DNA of 63,296 nucleotides, filler included. It is 11 parts of 11 records of this genome, joined end to end, with 100 filler letters (N's around TTAATTAATTAA, not from the genome) between each part and the next. Parts side by side here need not be neighbours in the genome. Positions count along the whole stretch, not along the records: positions 17,872 to 23,268 come from SRR31147125_124481; positions 23,369 to 28,603 come from SRR31147125_124505; positions 28,704 to 35,333 come from SRR31147125_124646; 8 more parts are not named here. One strand, written 5' to 3'. Shown one piece after another: positions 20,017 through 31,358 of the stretch. The position numbers and the translations under genes are program-made. A model generated the notes under the pieces. It saw only the letters and a program-made list of their open reading frames with translations. It made no database searches and was not told where the DNA came from. Numbering within the stretch: position 1 is the first letter of the stretch; each line of letters starts with the position of its first letter.

Positions 20017-21303
20017 ATGGCGACCGGCGGACGATCATTCAAGCATATTCTCTTTCCAGAAAGTAAACTCCAGACTAAACGGGAGTTCCTCAGCTCTCTG
20101 CTCGGAATTCTCATTGAAGTTGTGGTACTGAACGGAGCTATATTTGCGTTCTACTTTTTCATGCCGGAGATACAAAACCGTTTTCTTGAAATGAACATTC
20201 ACCCGCTGGTAGTTATTACGGCAGCTATCGGAATGCGGCACGGGTATCTTGCGGGGCTTACTGCGGCTATTTTTGCCTCTATTGTCTATCTTGCAGTCTA
20301 TCTTATAGACGGTTATGACATCGTGCTCTTTTTTCGTACATTCGACTACTACAAATATCTTATTATGTTTTTCGTAACCGGATATACCATGGGTCGGGTC
20401 CGGGATACCTATACACGTAATGTTCGAACCATGCGCACAGCCAATAATGAAATCCTGGAAGAATATACCAGTCTGGAAGAGGATTATCGTCGCACAGTCT
20501 ACATGTACAATGAACTGAAAGAACAGATAGTCGGTTCGGAATACAGTATCTTTTCTCTATATGAAATCGCAACCTCGCTGCAGACCACAAATCCTGAAAA
20601 AGTGTATACAGAATCTATCGGCCTGCTGCACAAGTTTATTAAAGCCAATACGATATCGATCTACACATTGGAAAGCGGCGGCTTCCTGCGGCTCAAGCTT
20701 ATATATGGTGATTATTCCAAAAAGCGCAGTTCAATTCGTTTTATTGATGAGCCCAAATATGTGAGATTGGTGGAATCGCGCAAACCGGTTCGCTGGACTA
20801 AGGTAGAAAATGAGGATTTCCCGCTGTTCAGTGCCCCGATTTTTGATGACAAGACCGTTATCGGTATCGTCAATATTGATTCGGTGGAATTTGAACATAT
20901 CACGGAATACAGTTTCAGTATTTTCTGTGTAATCATGGAATGGATTAATAAAGCACTTTCGCAGGCCATCGACATTGACCGCAAGTACAATGTGACCGGT
21001 GTCAGCTGGTCCAATCTGCTCAAAAAGAAGCAGTTTGATATGCAGCTTCAGGAGGAAGAGACCCGTCTTCAGAAATATGGGCTGCCCTACTGTTATGGAA
21101 AATTTAAAATTCTTAGTAATGATATCGAGGCCGTGGTATTCGGTATACGTAAAGTGCTGAGAAGCGTTGATTTTGTTTGTCATAACGAACAGGAGAACGT
21201 AATGGAAATACTGCTCCCGGCTACCGGGAAAGGCAATTACCCGTTTGTCACCGAGCGCATCAAAAATGCTCTCGGTGATATTATTGAGAAATTGAATGAT
21301 TAA
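20017..21303 (+). CDS. PelD-like protein (TM helices, coiled coil, GAF, degenerate GGDEF)
   Basis: N-terminal TMs with HPL..AIGMRHG..G, coiled coil, GAF-like region, C-terminal LRSVD (RxxD) and ILLPAT, no GGDEF motif. Confidence 0.7.
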   Translation: MATGGRSFKHILFPESKLQTKREFLSSLLGILIEVVVLNGAIFAFYFFMPEIQNRFLEMNIHPLVVITAAIGMRHGYLAGLTAAIFASIVYLAVYLIDGYDIVLFFRTFDYYKYLIMFFVTGYTMGRVRDTYTRNVRTMRTANNEILEEYTSLEEDYRRTVYMYNELKEQIVGSEYSIFSLYEIATSLQTTNPEKVYTESIGLLHKFIKANTISIYTLESGGFLRLKLIYGDYSKKRSSIRFIDEPKYVRLVESRKPVRWTKVENEDFPLFSAPIFDDKTVIGIVNIDSVEFEHITEYSFSIFCVIMEWINKALSQAIDIDRKYNVTGVSWSNLLKKKQFDMQLQEEETRLQKYGLPYCYGKFKILSNDIEAVVFGIRKVLRSVDFVCHNEQENVMEILLPATGKGNYPFVTERIKNALGDIIEKLND

Positions 21304-23202
21304 AATCCGATTTCTGGTTGTAGTTCTCATTATTCTGATTACCGGCATTATCCTGCAGGCTTTCAATGTCATTAACGTAGAAAACTTATTCAGAAGAAAC
21401 AGTGCTTTAGTGCATCAGGACGAACTGCCCGCGTTACTCTCATCTTCTGTCATACCTGAGACCTTTGACCGCATAATTATTCTTTTTGAAAAAGACAGTG
21501 CCGACGAGGACCCCATAGCTGATCATCTGCGGCAGACCCTGCAGAATAGTCGCATGCAGTATACAGAAGCCGACATAGGATCCGAAGAATGCTCTAAATT
21601 ACTATCAGATGTTCGGTCTTCCGACTCTCTGGTGCTGACCACTGCATCCATTCAGGATTTTTCGGATTCTGACTTCTCCTCTCTTACAGAAGCAGTAACC
21701 AATGGCACAAGTCTTACCATTCTGGCTGCGGTTGTACATCCAGTCATATCGAAGCTGGCCGGTATCGAGCAGGTTGTCAGTCGAAAAGCGGTAGTATCTG
21801 AAGGTTTGACATTTGTCGAAGAATTCTTTCCCTTATGGATGAAATTGATTCCGAATCTGAAATATTTACCTATGAAAGTTTACAGATGGCAACATCTGAT
21901 GGAATTCAGCCTATCGCAATTTCAGCCGAAAAAGACCCGCTGATCTGGCAGTTCCGGCCTGCGGAGACTGATTATGGCGGGACTGTCCTGTATACCAACA
22001 GTTCCCTATTTATCGAAAAGGTGAATAGAGGGTTGATGCTGCAGCTGATACACTACAATACGGATTACGCTCTATCGTATATAACAGCTGGAAAACTGCT
22101 CAGTCTGGATGCGTTCCCTGCTCCACTTCCTTCCGGAAAAGCAGAAATCATCTATTCTGATTACCAGCGCGATAACATAAAGTTCTTCAAAGAGATCTGG
22201 TGGACGGATCTGCAGAATATCCAGAACAGACAGGGTATAGGGCTTACCGGTTTTGCCCAAAGCAAACTGCAGACCTCGACAACATTACCGCTGGCACCAA
22301 TAACGGAAGATGAGCGTGAAACCATCTCTCTGTTTGGTGAGCTGCTGGGTGAATCAGATGCTGAACTCGGAATTCTGGGATACAATGGGGTGCCTCTGCT
22401 GCTGAAAGAGGAGATCACCGCTCCCCACTCTCAAATTACTGCTGAAGATTTCTGGCCCTCGCAGCATACCGTCGCAGCCGGGCTGCAGGATCTTCGTGAT
22501 CTGATGGAGTCTATTTACGGCGATCTGAGCTTTATCAGTTACGCGGCACCGGATGGGGCCATTGGAGCAACCGGCAAAGACGCAATTCTTGATATGTTTC
22601 CAGACATCAGAATTTTATCAGGAATATATACCGAATATGCGTCTTCTTCACAACTTGGCAATTTCATTCAGGAGTTTGGACCAGATCCAGAAATAGAGGA
22701 TGTTTACAGCATCCCCCGCTTCAGTTACGGCTATAAAGATGACACGGAAACTCTGTGGCCGATTCTGAACGGTATAGCTGAGCTGGGGCTGTTTAACCAC
22801 TCTATCCATTCTTTGGATTTATTGAACCAGACTCCCGAGGATATGCCTCTGGATGATGATGAACAGGGTGAGTGGGAGCCGCGCCGCTGGGATAAGCTGC
22901 TGCGGGATCTGGAAGAGATTCTCTCAATACTGCCCCGAGAATTTCCATACCTTAACGGCATGACCTACACCGATATCTACAACTCCCGGATAAGGAATGA
23001 AAAACTGGAAATCTATACCCAACGATCGGAATCGACCATCACTATGAATCTGATCAATGCCTATCTGCCGCTCAAACTCTACCTGCGATGTGATACATCC
23101 ATATCCAATGTAAAAGGTGGTATTTTAAGGACTTTAAGTTCAGACAATCTGTATGTGCTTGAGGTCAGGAAACCGGACGTTACCCTGCAGCTGAGGAAAT
23201 AA
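21296..23202 (+). CDS. DUF2194/PelA-deacetylase-like exported protein, split by a frameshift near 21830
   Basis: Overlapping ORFs 21296-21943 and 21835-23202 join as ..VEEFFP/MDEIDSES with one added base; DAFPAPLPSG, FFKEIWWTD, ELGILGYN, PRFSYGY, HSIHSLD resemble the DUF2194 pattern. Confidence 0.6.
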
Positions 23203-23368
23203 CCGTACCCGTTATACTGCCGTATAAACAATAATCTATTTTATAAACTTGTAATGTTTCCGTAAAAANNNNNNNNNNNNNNNNNNNNNNNNNNNNNNNN
23301 NNNNNNNNNNNNTTAATTAATTAANNNNNNNNNNNNNNNNNNNNNNNNNNNNNNNNNNNNNNNNNNNN

Positions 23369-23785
23369 GGGGTTGATCCCGTTGGCTACATAGGCTTCGA
23401 TTTGATGGTCGACAACCATGCCGCCAATCTCTGTGGCAATTGCTGTTCCCGATCGGGCAATAATGATAAAGGCTGTCAGGATCGGTCCGAGTTCCCTGGT
23501 TATAACGGCGATCAGGATTGTGTAAACAACATCGTCCGATAGGAATTGGGTGAGCATCGACATGCCCTGGATGATAATAACAGCTCCCAGGGCTACGGCG
23601 ATAAGGGAGATAACTCCCAGAGCCTCGAAACCTGTGAAGAGGATCTGCATCGTAAGGACTTTGTAGCTGATTCGCCTTTTACGGAAAAATTCAGGGACAC
23701 TTTTCAGGACTTCCATAAAGAAACCTGTCCCGTATAGTAGAGAATTCCACCTTTGTCTGACCGAACTTCCAATTGCTGCTAACAT
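23369..23785 (-). CDS. mlaE: MlaE-family ABC permease (3' truncated)
   Basis: QILFTG, RELGPILTAFIIIARSGTAIATEIGGM..QIEA..GINP. Confidence 0.88.
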
Positions 23786-23925
23786 GATTAACCTCAGAAT
23801 ACTACTGATAATCCGATCATACTCTAAATGCAGTGACGATTCAACACAATTATTTTTTGCCATATTGGTATCGCTTCTATTTTGGCGATTTATATATGGT
23901 AGTTTCAGTGTTGAAGGGGCAGCTC

Positions 23926-24768
23926 TTAAACATTTTGTGCAAGTTTGCCAAGGAAGTCGGCGTAGTGATCAGGAATGCCGGAGCCCCAGACCGTCCGTCC
24001 CAATTTAATTTTAGGCCTGTTTCTTCCATGAAAATCGGAGCCTCCGGAACAGACCAGTCCGTATTTTTCCGCCAATTCCTCAAGCCTCTTCATTTTTGTT
24101 CTTTTTGCCGACGGATGAACAGTTTCCAGCCCTTGGACCCCCGTTTCCTTCCATTCGGCTACACTCTTCTCCAAATCGATCCAGTTAAGCTGGGTCGAAA
24201 GGGGATGGGCAACCACAGGAATCCCACCGGCTCCAAGAATCAGATCGACGGCCGGTTTCAAATCCAGTTTTTTCTTGGGGATGTAGAAGGCCCCGCCCCT
24301 ACGGAGGTAGAGGGCAAAAGCTTCCTTAATGCTGCGGCAGGCTTCAATATTGACAAGATGGACCGCCAGGTGCGGTCGGCCGAGAACATCTCCCCCGGCG
24401 ATTTTTTCAATATCTTTCAGGGTCGTGGGGTATCCGCTGTCGTTCATCTTTTCGATAATTTTCAGGTTTCGATTCTGCCTGTCCCGGCGCAGGGTGACCA
24501 GCACTTTTTCAAGTTCCTCGGGATTTTTATCAAGTCCCAGTCCCAGTAGATGAAGCTCTCCTTTTGGGAAATTGATAGAAAGTTCTACACCCCGTATGAA
24601 TTGGATTCCAGCTTCGGAAGCGGCTTTTTCTCCCTCTTTGAGCCCGTCGAGGGTGTCGTGATCGGTCAATGCCAGGGTGTGGATCTTCTTTCCAGCGGCA
24701 GATTTTACAAGTTCTGCAAGGGTAAAGGTTCCGTCCGAAAAAGTGGAGTGGGTGTGTAAGTCGATCAT
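23926..24768 (-). CDS. PHP-domain phosphoesterase (TrpH/YciV-like)
   Basis: DLHTHSTFSDG, ALTDHD, GVELS, GRPH, VAHP, GGSDFHG. Confidence 0.93.
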   Translation of the reverse strand: MIDLHTHSTFSDGTFTLAELVKSAAGKKIHTLALTDHDTLDGLKEGEKAASEAGIQFIRGVELSINFPKGELHLLGLGLDKNPEELEKVLVTLRRDRQNRNLKIIEKMNDSGYPTTLKDIEKIAGGDVLGRPHLAVHLVNIEACRSIKEAFALYLRRGGAFYIPKKKLDLKPAVDLILGAGGIPVVAHPLSTQLNWIDLEKSVAEWKETGVQGLETVHPSAKRTKMKRLEELAEKYGLVCSGGSDFHGRNRPKIKLGRTVWGSGIPDHYADFLGKLAQNV

Positions 24769-24929
24769 AAGGATAAAATAGCAAAAGGATAATGAAATGG
24801 CAATCGGCCTCTCCTGGAAAGAAAACTCTCTCTTTTACTTGCCTTTTCCCGGAACAAAGCCGATATATTAGTTGACAAGAAGTTTATCTGGGATTTACAA
24901 TTTTTACATCGGAGAATTTGGAGACATTA

Positions 24930-25946
24930 ATGCCTAAGTCTGTGCAATATAAGGCGAATTCCATCGTTTACTTCAGGGGTGATACGAATGAAAACGTATA
25001 TATCCTGAAGTCTGGACGGGTTGCCCTGAAATATAACGATATCGAAACGGGTCAGGAGATCAATGATCTCATTCAGACTGGTGAATTCTTTTCTGTTAAA
25101 TCTTCATTAGGAAAGTATCCAAAGGAAGAAACAGCCGTTGTTCTCCAGGATGCACAGCTGATCGTCTTTTCGGTTCCCGAATTTGAGCAGCTGGCGATGG
25201 CCAACACCAGAATCATAATGAAGATGCTCAGGGTATTCTCCAATCAGCTGCGCCGGATTCATAAGCAGGTACAGAATCTGCTCTCTTCCGGAGTTCAGCA
25301 GAAACCTGAATCCGGACTCTTTTCCATCGGTGATTACTATCTGAAATCCAGAAAACTGCCTCAGGCTTTATACGCCTTCCGCCGTTACCTTACCTACTAT
25401 CCTGCGGGTCAGTTTGCCGCCGAGGCAACCGATAATATCCAGAGAATTGAGGCTCAGCTGCAGTCCGGTGGATACAGTGCTCCCAGTACCGGCGGATCCG
25501 AAAGTTCCGGCGGCGCCGCCGGATTTCAGGCGTCCTCCTCCGGAGGAGCGTCCAGTTCCGGCCTTTCGGATGTGGCGAAAAGCTATTACAACGCGGTCAG
25601 TCTGTTCAGTCAGCAGAAATATGGTGAGGCTCTTATTGAGTTTCGAAAGATTTCCCAGGACGGCGGCGATCAGGAGTATCTGGCTAAATCCCTCTTTGAG
25701 ATGGGTCGCTGTTTCTTTTCCCTGAATGATTTCGACAAGTGTATCAATCATTACACCGGTATGATTCAGAAATACCCCAAACATCCGGATATTGTGGAGG
25801 CCCTCTATTACGTCGGCGCATCCTACGAAAAGAAGGATATCAAGGATAAAGCATCAGGATTTTATAAAAAAATACTTTCTATGGCCGAGGACGGATCTCC
25901 TATTCAGCGAAAAGCCAAGCGTGCTCTGAAAGGGCTGGAGGGGTAG
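24930..25946 (+). CDS. cNMP-binding (Crp-like) domain plus TPR repeats
   Basis: YFRGD..VYILKSGRV..GEFF; Gly/Ser linker; TPR helices (YYNAVSLF..YGEAL..F, ALYYVGASY). Confidence 0.85.
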   Translation: MPKSVQYKANSIVYFRGDTNENVYILKSGRVALKYNDIETGQEINDLIQTGEFFSVKSSLGKYPKEETAVVLQDAQLIVFSVPEFEQLAMANTRIIMKMLRVFSNQLRRIHKQVQNLLSSGVQQKPESGLFSIGDYYLKSRKLPQALYAFRRYLTYYPAGQFAAEATDNIQRIEAQLQSGGYSAPSTGGSESSGGAAGFQASSSGGASSSGLSDVAKSYYNAVSLFSQQKYGEALIEFRKISQDGGDQEYLAKSLFEMGRCFFSLNDFDKCINHYTGMIQKYPKHPDIVEALYYVGASYEKKDIKDKASGFYKKILSMAEDGSPIQRKAKRALKGLEG

Positions 25947-25947
25947 T

Positions 25948-26601
25948 ATGTCACTTAATTTGTCAATGTTCGAAAGATTCGCTAAAACCTTCAGAAAAAG
26001 CGATATAATTTTCTGCGAGCATGAACCGGGGGATAATTTTTACCTTATCCAGTCCGGCCGGGTGCAGATCGTAAAAATCATGGATAACATCGAAAAAATC
26101 ATCGATATCCTCCAGCCCGGAGAGATTTTCGGTGAAATGGCCATACTTGAGGAAGCTCCCCGTTCGGCGACAGCCATCGCTCTTGATGATGTGAAGGCCC
26201 TTGAGTTCAACCGGGAGAACTTTGAAGTTCTTATGCAGGGGAACCCGCAGATCGCCTTCAAGCTTCTGAAACTCTTCACCAAGAGGATTTACGATCAGAA
26301 GCGGAGATTCATGATTCTGACCCTGGATGATGTTCAGGCCCGGGTGGCCGATGTTTTTCTTATGCTTTCGGAAACACAGGGAACGACCAGTGCGCCGGAG
26401 ACCGATCATCTTGTTTTTAATACAACTGTTGATGATGTCGCTCACTGGGCCGGAATGGGGCCCGAAGAGTGCCGTAAAATTCTGAACCATTTTGCCAGCC
26501 AGCGTCGTGTTGAGATTTATACCGATCGTATCGAGGTCCGGAATATCAACGATTTTGTAAGGTTTGTCGGCAGCCGCAGGAAACATCAGAAGACCGACTG
26601 A
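25948..26601 (+). CDS. Crp/Fnr-family transcriptional regulator
   Basis: FYLIQSGRV, PGEIFGEMAILEEAPRSATA cNMP pocket, C-terminal wHTH-like region. Confidence 0.9.
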   Translation: MSLNLSMFERFAKTFRKSDIIFCEHEPGDNFYLIQSGRVQIVKIMDNIEKIIDILQPGEIFGEMAILEEAPRSATAIALDDVKALEFNRENFEVLMQGNPQIAFKLLKLFTKRIYDQKRRFMILTLDDVQARVADVFLMLSETQGTTSAPETDHLVFNTTVDDVAHWAGMGPEECRKILNHFASQRRVEIYTDRIEVRNINDFVRFVGSRRKHQKTD

Positions 26602-26688
26602 GCCGAAAACCGCCACCGGCAGACTTTTCGCAAATTCATTGAAATCTCACAAAATTGTTGATAGACTATTTAAAAAGTGAGGTATGTG

Positions 26689-27048
26689 ATGCTGTATGAA
26701 ATTGAAAATCCCCGGCAGATTGACGGGGAAGGCCGCCGCAGGTGGTTCACCGATGACAATGCCGATCTTATCGTCTGGTATACCGAGGATGGCGTTCTGG
26801 ACGGCTTTGAGTATTGCTATGATAAAAACCACAAGGAACGCTGTTTGATCTGGAAGAGATCCGGGAGCTACACCCATGCGGGAGTCGACGACGGCGAGAT
26901 TTACGGTCAGAACAAGATGAGCCCTGTCCTTATCTCGGACGGTCAATTTGATAAATGGACAATTGCCGAGAATTTCAAGAATACAGCTGGAAAAATTGAT
27001 CAGACTATTTCAACATTTGTCTATAGAAAAATGGTTGAGTACAGCTGA
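26689..27048 (+). CDS. Hypothetical protein
   Basis: GAGGT RBS; RQIDGEGRRRWFTD..DLIVW pattern; no function recognised. Confidence 0.6.
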   Translation: MLYEIENPRQIDGEGRRRWFTDDNADLIVWYTEDGVLDGFEYCYDKNHKERCLIWKRSGSYTHAGVDDGEIYGQNKMSPVLISDGQFDKWTIAENFKNTAGKIDQTISTFVYRKMVEYS

Positions 27049-27099
27049 ACAGCCTTTAAAGCCGTTCTGATGGCCCACACTTTTTTCAATCTGTGTCGT

Positions 27100-27606
27100 T
27101 CAATCCCTGTCGTTGTTGCGAAAATTGATACAAAGAAGCACAAGGTTCCCGACTTTAGCCGTATTAATTTCCAGAAGCCGGTCGCCGACACTCAAGTCGA
27201 AATTCCCTTCTCGATAGGCCGTTGCCTGGGCGATTCCCTTGCCCGTTAAAAAAGTTGCCATGACAGCATTTTTTATACGGCATCCGGTGCAGTTCGGGTG
27301 CTCTCCGCAGAGGGCACCTTCACTTGCATTGAGGCATCCAAAGACCTCTCCATGCCTTTTTCCCCTGATATCAGCCGCCCGTTTCTTTAATAAAGCACAA
27401 CCAAGATTGTTCACAGACTGAATTATCATTTTCTCATTTATTGTGTAGGCCGGGACCTTCAGGGTTTCCAGAAATTCGGGAGGTGCCTCAAAATGAAACC
27501 GTTCCGCACAGGGAAGGCATAAACCGTAGGAGACAATTTCCGGATTATTCAATTCAATCGGGATCGGATCCAGCACCTTACTGCATTTAGAACAGACTCT
27601 TTTCAT
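27100..27606 (-). CDS. Cys-rich hypothetical protein (zinc ribbon plus PAS-like domain)
   Basis: CSKC...CLPC, then a PAS-like segment with GEVFGC..CGEHPNCTGC; GGAGG RBS 9 nt before ATG 27606. Confidence 0.6.
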   Translation of the reverse strand: MKRVCSKCSKVLDPIPIELNNPEIVSYGLCLPCAERFHFEAPPEFLETLKVPAYTINEKMIIQSVNNLGCALLKKRAADIRGKRHGEVFGCLNASEGALCGEHPNCTGCRIKNAVMATFLTGKGIAQATAYREGNFDLSVGDRLLEINTAKVGNLVLLCINFRNNDRD

Positions 27607-27903
27607 TTCAACCATCCTCCTGCAAGATAATTCAATTCAAGTTCCTCATGAAGGTTTTATTGAAACTACTTATTAATTTTAGAGTTAAATAATGACTAAT
27701 TTGGTAATAAAATTCTTAAATCATTAGAACTTATCTCATATTCCCCTAAAAATCCATATTTTAAAGAAAAAATGTGTGGTTTCTGTGAAGATTTTAAATT
27801 CAAGGTACAGATCGAAGCCGAATGTGGGACTTCTGCTGCTCCGTCGGCAGGGACAGAAAAAAGCTGACCTCCCAATCCTCCCGGTTAGGAAATACAGGAG
27901 TTT

Positions 27904-27945
27904 TTGACAACTGGAAAATTCTCTGTTACACTTCTGGTAATACCA
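27904..27945 (+). promoter_or_regulatory. Sigma70 promoter with overlapping FadR-type operator
   Basis: TTGACA (27904)-17 nt-TACACT (27927) with extended TG; palindrome TGGTAATACCA at 27935-27945 matches FadR-type TGGT-N3-ACCA. Confidence 0.7.
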
Positions 27946-27961
27946 AATACCGGAGGGCCAG

Positions 27962-28603
27962 TTGATGTTATCTTTGCTCGAGCCGATCCAGGCCGATAGT
28001 CTTATCACCATTTTTGTTCAGAAATTCGAAAATCTTATACTATCGGGACAAATTCAAATAGGAGAAAAGCTTCCCTCCGAAAGGGATTTGGCCGGGCGTA
28101 TGGGTGTGAGCCGGCAGATCGTCCATGAGGGATTGCTGGATCTTGAAACAAAAGGGTTGGTTTCCCTGAAATCCCGATCCGGGTGGGTTGTCAATGATTA
28201 CCGCCGGAGCGGTTCTCTTCTCCTGTTAAACTCCCTCTTTGAATATGGCGAGGGGAGTCTGGACCGGGAGGTTGTCGAATCTCTCTTTCGGGCGAGAATA
28301 TTGATCGAATCGGATGCGGCATCCCTGGCGGCAAAAAACCGGAGTCCGTCTGATTTGAACAATCTGGAGGAGATTGTCAAAAAGGAGAGGGCTGTAATAG
28401 GAGATGAGGCGGAGCGGAAGGTAGAGCTGGATTTTGAGTTTCATCTTGCCATGGCCGCGGCCTCGGGAAATCTCGTATACCCTCTGCTGCTTAATTCCTG
28501 TCGGGCGCTCTATACAAATCTTACCGGCCTGTTTTTCAGGAATAATAATCTATACAAAGTGATAATCGAGGCTCATGAGGGGATCTGTGCGGCCGTCAGG
28601 GGG
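27962..28603 (+). CDS. GntR/FadR-family regulator (3' truncated)
   Basis: GEKLPSERDLA..GVSR wHTH; FCD domain (R..IE..AA, D.EFH..ASGN). Confidence 0.92.
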
Positions 28604-28703
28604 NNNNNNNNNNNNNNNNNNNNNNNNNNNNNNNNNNNNNNNNNNNNTTAATTAATTAANNNNNNNNNNNNNNNNNNNNNNNNNNNNNNNNNNNNNNNNN
28701 NNN

Positions 28704-28729
28704 TGCTCCCAAATAATTATTTGGGAGCA
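28704..28729 (-). terminator. Hairpin downstream of pckG
   Basis: Perfect palindrome TGCTCCCAAATAATTATTTGGGAGCA; any U-tract is cut off by the contig edge. Confidence 0.55.
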
Positions 28730-28769
28730 AGAAAATCAACAAATAAGCTTTTAACGAATCTGCTTAATT

Positions 28770-30560
28770 CTACTTTGCATCAATTAATCTTTTTTCGAGG
28801 TTTGCCAGTTGTTGCTTCAAGCCCTCAGGTAGTTTAGCGCCAAATTGTAGGTAATGTTCCCTGATCTGTTCAACATTTTCCAGCCACTGTTGGATATCAA
28901 CCTTGAGGAGCTCATCCATTTCTTTATCTGTCACATCCAGACCTTCCGTATCAATAGCATCCTTCTCCGGTAAATAACCAATTGGCGTCTTGACAGCATT
29001 ATCAGATTCGTTACAACGTTCAAATATCCATTTCAGAACCCGGCAATTTTCGCCGTATCCAGGCCAGAGCCATTTTCCATTCTCATCTTTTCTAAACCAG
29101 TTGACATAGAATATTTCAGGTAATTTATCAGCATCCTGTGTTTCACCGATTGACAGCCAGTAAGCAAAATAATCAGCCATATTATATCCACAAAATGGCA
29201 GCATGGCAAATGGATCGCGTCTTACTATTCCAACTTTACCAGCCGCAGCAGCCGTCTTTTCTGAGGAGACAATTGAACCGAGGAACGTACCATGGCTCCA
29301 GTCAAAAGCCTGATGCACAAGTGGTACAACTGATTGACGTCGCCCACCAAACAGGATTGCAGAAATAGGTACACCTTTTGGATCTTCCCATGCGGGATCA
29401 ATCACCGGACATTGCCCGGCAGGGGCTGTAAACCGTGCATTTGGATGAGAGGATACCTTTTCCGAATCCGGAGTCCACTCTTCTCCAATCCAACTTGTCA
29501 GACGCTCTGGTTTTTCGCTGGTCATTTCTTCCCACCACACATCGCCATCTGGTGTCAAAGCGACATTCGTGAATATGGAATTTTTTGTCAAACTAAGCAT
29601 GGCATTTGGATTCGATTCCATCGATGTTCCAGGCGCTACACCAAAGAAACCATATTCCGGATTAATAGCATACAGTCTGCCATCCTCACCGAATTTCATC
29701 CATGCAATATCATCACCAATACATTCCACTTTCCAGCCCGGGATAGTTGGAATAAGCATGGCAAGATTTGTTTTACCACACGCACTGGGAAAAGCGGCGG
29801 CGATATATTTTTTCTCACCTGCTGGCGATGTTAATCCTAAAATAAGCATATGTTCGGCTAACCAACCCTCTTCGCGCGCCATAACGGAAGCGATCCTAAG
29901 GGCGAAACACTTTTTGCCTAATAATGCATTACCACCGTACCCGCTTCCGAATGACCAGATCATTTTATCCTCGGGAAAGTGGACAATATATTTGTTTTCA
30001 GCATTACAAGGCCATGGGACATCTTTTTGTCCTATTTCAAGAGGCGCACCAACAGAGTGAAGGCAAGGAACAAATTCACCATCGCCTAATGTATCAAGAA
30101 CCTTTTGTCCCATTCGTGTCATTATTCTCATATTGCAAACAACATAAGGTGAATCTGTCAATTCGATACCTATATGTGAAATATTAGATCCAATGGGTCC
30201 CATGCTAAAAGGAATTACGTACATGGTACGACCCTTCATACAGCCATTATAGAGTCCCCGAAGAAGTTCTTTCATTTCATCAGGATCTTTCCAATTATTT
30301 GTCGGACCCGCATCCTCCTCTTTTTTGGAGCAAATAAAAGTTCTATCTTCAACCCGGGCTACATCTTTTGGGTCTGATAAACAGAGATAACTCCCAGGCC
30401 TTTTGCCCTCGTTTAGCTTTATAAAAGTACCTGTTTTTACCATCAGATCACATAGTTCATCGTACTCTTGTTGAGATCCGTCACACCATCGAATGTGGTC
30501 GGGCTGGCACATCTCAGCCATTTCTTGAACCCACTCCTGCAGTTTCTTATTTGAGGTCAT
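28770..30560 (-). CDS. pckG: GTP-dependent phosphoenolpyruvate carboxykinase
   Basis: [59 protein letters not shown]. Confidence 0.98.
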   Translation of the reverse strand: MTSNKKLQEWVQEMAEMCQPDHIRWCDGSQQEYDELCDLMVKTGTFIKLNEGKRPGSYLCLSDPKDVARVEDRTFICSKKEEDAGPTNNWKDPDEMKELLRGLYNGCMKGRTMYVIPFSMGPIGSNISHIGIELTDSPYVVCNMRIMTRMGQKVLDTLGDGEFVPCLHSVGAPLEIGQKDVPWPCNAENKYIVHFPEDKMIWSFGSGYGGNALLGKKCFALRIASVMAREEGWLAEHMLILGLTSPAGEKKYIAAAFPSACGKTNLAMLIPTIPGWKVECIGDDIAWMKFGEDGRLYAINPEYGFFGVAPGTSMESNPNAMLSLTKNSIFTNVALTPDGDVWWEEMTSEKPERLTSWIGEEWTPDSEKVSSHPNARFTAPAGQCPVIDPAWEDPKGVPISAILFGGRRQSVVPLVHQAFDWSHGTFLGSIVSSEKTAAAAGKVGIVRRDPFAMLPFCGYNMADYFAYWLSIGETQDADKLPEIFYVNWFRKDENGKWLWPGYGENCRVLKWIFERCNESDNAVKTPIGYLPEKDAIDTEGLDVTDKEMDELLKVDIQQWLENVEQIREHYLQFGAKLPEGLKQQLANLEKRLIDAK

Positions 30561-31358
30561 ATTAACTCCTTTGTTATTTCTCCAAATTAAATGCTACAAA
30601 AGTTTTATATCATTGTCAAGATTTATGCAATGAATAACATTTTATTTTCTGTTCTTATCATAATTTTTTATGGTAAGCCAAAGAAATCACATTTAATGAA
30701 CGTATCAAATAAAATAATCTAAAATGTATTTATATGCTAATATTCAAGTGCGTTATAATTAACACATCTATACCATTTCATAAGTAAACAATAGTAAAAT
30801 TAAATTTTATCCATAAATTTCCTACACCCGAACTTATTAATTTAAAATTATAAACATTAAATCCTAATATTTTATCATTTATTTGCACATTTTCTTTATA
30901 ATATAACGTATTTTTCACATGTTATTAAATATTTAAACATAAAGATGGCTCAGAGAATTTCGACTTTTAAAAATACTCTGATTTTCAAAACAATTCCGAA
31001 AGGATGGGAAAATTACCTTAATCTGATACAATTGCGGCCTAAATGACTCATCTTTGTTCAATATTATGGTCCAAATAGATTTCACAAAAACATTTCATCA
31101 GAAAAAAAATGTCCGGATTCATGTTTTATTTATCTGTTTTTATTATAGATATTTTTCATGATACCGCGTAACCTAAAAAAATAGTCGGACAAAGCACCAT
31201 GGCACAAAAGTTGTTAAAATAAAATTGAATTTGACAATTATTTGAGTTTCATCACAATGTCAGGTAATGCTGGGAATAATCATAAGCATTAGGACAGTTG
31301 TATGATCCTAATTGATTTTCATTAGGTTTATTCTTACAATCATTCAGCGGAGGAAGAA

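Noticed and set aside
30985-31045. TCCGAAAGGATGGG..GGCCTAAA resembling a c-di-GMP-I riboswitch upstream of the SLT gene
   Set aside because: No GGCAAA or ACGCAAA core and no convincing P2 stem; an Rfam scan would be needed to revive it.
31200-31215. TGGCACAAAAGTTGTT sigma54-like site upstream of the SLT gene
   Set aside because: The -12 element lacks GC and there is no supporting context, so it was not called.
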